Positions 60,815-64,000 of a DNA stretch of 64,000 nucleotides are shown in pieces. A program made the position numbers and the translations under genes. The stretch lies in contig JAYTHY010000023.1 in the NCBI GenBank assembly GCA_043732185.1, forward strand, positions 40,880 through 104,879, read 5' to 3'. Source of the DNA: Fibrobacteria bacterium. GTDB lineage: Bacteria > Fibrobacterota > Fibrobacteria > UBA11236. How positions within the stretch are numbered: the stretch's first letter is position 1; every line of letters starts with the position of its first letter. The notes beneath the pieces were generated by a model. It did no database searches, was not told the DNA's origin, and saw only the letters and a program-made list of their open reading frames with translations.

Positions 60815-61063
60815 TCAATGGCCAGCTCCCCTCTTCGGTTTTTCGAGGAGAATTTCGCCAGTAATAATTCGTTTTTGAATCTCCACCCATTCATACCTCC
60901 ACACCCTACCAACTTTTACCTGTCCAGGGATCCTTCGTTCCTGAGTATGTTTTTCCACCCACTTAAGGGAGATACCCAATCTCTCCGCCAGTTGTTTGGG
61001 GGTAATAAGCGATCCCAGGTCCATCCCATCCATTCCCGGCGAGGCATTTTGATATTGATCCAT
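60815..61063 (-). CDS. Excisionase-like HTH protein
   Basis: LITPKQLAERLGIS..W....IPG.VKVGRVWRY; directly upstream of int. Confidence 0.85.
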   Translation of the reverse strand: MDQYQNASPGMDGMDLGSLITPKQLAERLGISLKWVEKHTQERRIPGQVKVGRVWRYEWVEIQKRIITGEILLEKPKRGAGH

Positions 61064-61067
61064 TGGA

Positions 61068-62012
61068 TTACCTAACCCCTAACAGATCTTCAAAAGCTGC
61101 CGTGGTTCTAAGTTCCCCGGCCCGCTTCCTCGACAAGTCATAAATCAAAGTTCCCATATGGGCCCAGACCACTTCCATCTCCAGCTTTTTCACAGTCAAC
61201 TCATCCAGAGTATTTTCAACACCCTTCAAGTCCGACAATGTTTTCCCCAATTCCTGCGCGTTTACATTCTTCGCGTCCTTCAGGGCTTCGAGCGTCTCAC
61301 GATAACGAATCATTCTTTCCTGTTGCACCCGTCTTAGCGCGGCAATTTGCGCCTGAGCCCTGGATCCGGCCAGAATGGTGGCATCGCGCACCTTGCCCTC
61401 GCCGGTAACTTGCATATAAGCATAAGCATCACGCAGGCGCGAACGCTCCAGGTCTCCATGGATTTCATTTTCTTCTTTGCTGCCGCCAAGAACTGGGGCA
61501 ACCCAATTTGGATCGGACCGATAAAGTCCAGAGTTAAATTTATAGAACTCGGATACCGAGGGATGATTTAAGGGTAGATACGGGGCCAGGTGCCCGCCGA
61601 TTCGCTCGGCATAACGCTCCTGCCGATACATCAAATCATCAAAGGCACGACTTTCATCCCATAGCAGGTAATCGGTCTTATCGAAAATCGCTTCCAGATC
61701 CTGGAGCTTCTGATCCCAGCGTCCCGGTTCGGATACCAGCTTTACGACCCTCTTCCCCACCAAGTCCCAACTTTTCAGATTCCGACGCACCCAGGCTTTT
61801 TGATCGTCCAGAGTCTGCACCATGGCCCGCGTGTATTGAATCGACATATAGGCATCGCGCACGGTATTTCGGACCTTGACATAGGTCAAGGCCAAGGTAG
61901 TGACGATGCCGTTCTCTTCCTTAGTACCAGGTTGGCTGGTGGTTGGCTGTAACATGTCCTCGGCCTGAGCCAGGCCGAAACAAAGGAAGGTTCCAAATAT
62001 TAGGGTTCTCAT
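61068..62012 (-). CDS. Exported, largely helical hypothetical protein
   Basis: Signal peptide ending AQA; GGAGG RBS; coiled-coil character. Confidence 0.75.
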   Translation of the reverse strand: MRTLIFGTFLCFGLAQAEDMLQPTTSQPGTKEENGIVTTLALTYVKVRNTVRDAYMSIQYTRAMVQTLDDQKAWVRRNLKSWDLVGKRVVKLVSEPGRWDQKLQDLEAIFDKTDYLLWDESRAFDDLMYRQERYAERIGGHLAPYLPLNHPSVSEFYKFNSGLYRSDPNWVAPVLGGSKEENEIHGDLERSRLRDAYAYMQVTGEGKVRDATILAGSRAQAQIAALRRVQQERMIRYRETLEALKDAKNVNAQELGKTLSDLKGVENTLDELTVKKLEMEVVWAHMGTLIYDLSRKRAGELRTTAAFEDLLGVR

Positions 62013-62015
62013 GGC

Positions 62016-63683
62016 CTACATCCTCCTCAAGAGAATATCCACGGGTGTTTCCGGGCAGGTCATGCCAGGTGGCCTTTCCTTGCCCTTGGTCCGTTCAAAT
62101 TGAAACTCGGCTTCGAGCGCGCGTTGCTCCGCCATGGCTTTTTCTTGCGCATCTTCCGGACGATTAAACCGTAGTTCGAGCCGCCGGTAAAAACCGGCCG
62201 CCTTAGCGAGATTGACAAGATTGCACGTTGGTACACTTTGACTGAGAATCCGCAGGGCCTGAGAGCGCGTCAGCTTGAAAAACGAGTCCTCCAGGTCCGG
62301 GCAGCCCTTCCAGAAATAGTCGCCATAGGGAAAGTCCACACTGCGCACTATGGCCATCTGCCCGGGAAGGATCCGGTCCTCTTCCACTACGGTGCGAACC
62401 TCCCATCCTCCATCCACGGCCACGCGTTCCTGCCTCACCTGCTTCCATCTGGGATCCGTCGGCTCCAGGGGAAGCACATCGGGTAGCGTAACGTCCAATC
62501 CTTCCTTTACGGAAAATGCCAGCTTGCCGATAATACGATCCTGAAAAGCCAAGCCCGGACACCGAGTCTCCAAGTTTTCCAGAAAATCTTTCTCGGCATC
62601 ATCACGGGCAAAAGGCAAAAGCAAGGCTTTCTGTAATCCTGTCCAATCATCGAAAGAGGCAATGCGGAAAGCCATGGGTGGATCATGGGCAAAACCAGAC
62701 CCACCCTCCCCTTCCGCCTGTATCTCCAAGTTCACGGACCAGACCGGGTCTGGGATGGAAGCCGGCCAAAGGAATTGGCCGGAAAAATAAACCGAAGCAG
62801 AATCATCCAGCACGGGATTCAGGTAAGGCTTTAAATCCACATTGCCGGGATTATCAATAGCACGCTGCCTAAAAGTTACCGCCTCAGTTTCAGAGAGACT
62901 GATTTCCTTCATTACCCTTCCAGTGGCAGGGTGCCGGGGATGCACCACGATTTTCGGAAAGAGGTGTAGATTCCAGAATGATTTTGTGGAGGGCTTAAAC
63001 TGCATGGCTGCTTCATTCACCACGATATGGCATTCGGTATAGGTGTCATTGCAGGATTCCGGATAGGGTTCATCGGGCGGTGGATTGGGATCCACACACC
63101 AATGGTTTTCGCAAAGATCCTTTTCCTCCTTATCCTGCAGCCCAGCGGGCCTGGATGCATAGCATTCAGGCAGATCAAAAAACCATTGATAGGCGGAAGG
63201 AGTCCGGGTTGGGAGCACAGCGGATCCGTTTATGACATAGTGGTTATACCGCAGGGTGCCGGATAGTCGCGCCAGCTCGGCATCGCAGCTATAGGCTGTA
63301 TCGGGAAAAAGCTGTTTGGTTGCTGAAAAGAGTCGGCTTCCCCTAATCACATTTTTTCGAAGCTCAATACCAATCGTATCCAAAGCTTCGGTCGTGGAAA
63401 GACAAAAGCGCCCGGCGAGGTTGGCATAGCGCATATCCGCCGTCCCATCCTGGTTGAACTTCGCAACGATGACGGACGAAGCCCCAAAATCCGAGATGGA
63501 ACGGACGATATGACTTTCTTCCGTAGGCCCATTCACAAAGACCCAGGTCTGCCCCACCATCGGCAGGTCCTGGGCATTCATCAGGGATGGGAAAAGTATT
63601 CTCAGTCCCACCAGGACAAAAAAAAGACCGAGGCCCATCACCGAGTTTGATTTTAAAAAGTTGAACCGGTATGCTGTATCCAT
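62016..63683 (-). CDS. Exported Cys-rich hypothetical protein
   Basis: 555 aa; hydrophobic N terminus ending MNA; 11 Cys. Confidence 0.75.
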   Translation of the reverse strand: MDTAYRFNFLKSNSVMGLGLFFVLVGLRILFPSLMNAQDLPMVGQTWVFVNGPTEESHIVRSISDFGASSVIVAKFNQDGTADMRYANLAGRFCLSTTEALDTIGIELRKNVIRGSRLFSATKQLFPDTAYSCDAELARLSGTLRYNHYVINGSAVLPTRTPSAYQWFFDLPECYASRPAGLQDKEEKDLCENHWCVDPNPPPDEPYPESCNDTYTECHIVVNEAAMQFKPSTKSFWNLHLFPKIVVHPRHPATGRVMKEISLSETEAVTFRQRAIDNPGNVDLKPYLNPVLDDSASVYFSGQFLWPASIPDPVWSVNLEIQAEGEGGSGFAHDPPMAFRIASFDDWTGLQKALLLPFARDDAEKDFLENLETRCPGLAFQDRIIGKLAFSVKEGLDVTLPDVLPLEPTDPRWKQVRQERVAVDGGWEVRTVVEEDRILPGQMAIVRSVDFPYGDYFWKGCPDLEDSFFKLTRSQALRILSQSVPTCNLVNLAKAAGFYRRLELRFNRPEDAQEKAMAEQRALEAEFQFERTKGKERPPGMTCPETPVDILLRRM

Positions 63684-63691
63684 AAACTACC

Positions 63692-64000
63692 CTATAGGCT
63701 GAAATTAAGACCTAATCCATAGCCCTGATTGGAGGCGAGGAAGGTCAAACACAGAACTTGGACTTTGAAGGAGTAATAAAGACCAATATTTGAGGTGGTC
63801 CCAGATCCAAATGCCGTTTTATTTATCCGGACCTGTTGCCAGAGTGAACCCATTTCAATTCCGGGACGGATGATGCCACTTCCAAGCAGAAAAAGATGCC
63901 CGCCATAGACACCGACAAAACTTGCAACCTTCTTTGAGTTCAAGGTACCCGAATCCCCTACACCCCAGGCAGGCATGGCCACCATCCCCCATTCGGAAAA
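63692..64000 (-). CDS. Partial hypothetical protein, possibly a small outer-membrane beta-barrel
   Basis: Frame open to window end; amphipathic strands ending GYGLGLNFSL. Confidence 0.55.
   Translation of the reverse strand, partial: FSEWGMVAMPAWGVGDSGTLNSKKVASFVGVYGGHLFLLGSGIIRPGIEMGSLWQQVRINKTAFGSGTTSNIGLYYSFKVQVLCLTFLASNQGYGLGLNFSL

Larger units (their letters stand above)
59585..64000. mobile_element. End of a tRNA-Gly-integrated element (ICE/IME/prophage-like), continuing beyond the window
   Basis: tRNA fragment, tyrosine integrase, excisionase and co-oriented unknown genes. Confidence 0.85.

Noticed and set aside
1..64000. CRISPR array, rRNA, IS transposase, reverse transcriptase or defence system
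   Set aside because: No regularly spaced repeats or diagnostic motifs seen

Overview
Bacterial chromosomal window. It is probably from the Fibrobacterota/FCB group, inferred only from a T9SS-like C-terminal domain and from the PEGA, CsgG-like and TPR envelope proteins. 1-12 kb: distal part of a Wzx/Wzy-dependent exopolysaccharide operon. 12-31 kb: housekeeping and lipid genes (mltG, polyprenyl synthase, prmA, hemE, queA, pseudouridine synthase, ppx, B12 radical SAM, ferredoxin plus archaeal-like geranylgeranyl reductase, acpS) and orphan signalling genes. 31-49 kb: a minus-strand envelope cluster (TamB/Omp85 pair, PEGA protein, tandem CsgG-like protein, membrane-anchored Pro-rich TPR protein, TolB-like propeller, TPR protein, family-5 ABC importer with a fused ATPase), interrupted by tRNA-Cys. 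49.6-59.5 kb: an FlhB fragment, a three-gene partner-switch module, a PPIase-TPR lipoprotein, a desaturase, a DUF4197 protein, a diheme peroxidase-family protein and a secreted propeller protein. From 59.6 kb to the window end is the flank of an integrative element inserted at the anticodon loop of tRNA-Gly(CCC). It carries a tyrosine integrase, an excisionase and a tightly coupled operon of unrecognisable exported proteins, a candidate novel ICE transfer module. All calls come from reading motifs by eye; no database searches were run.
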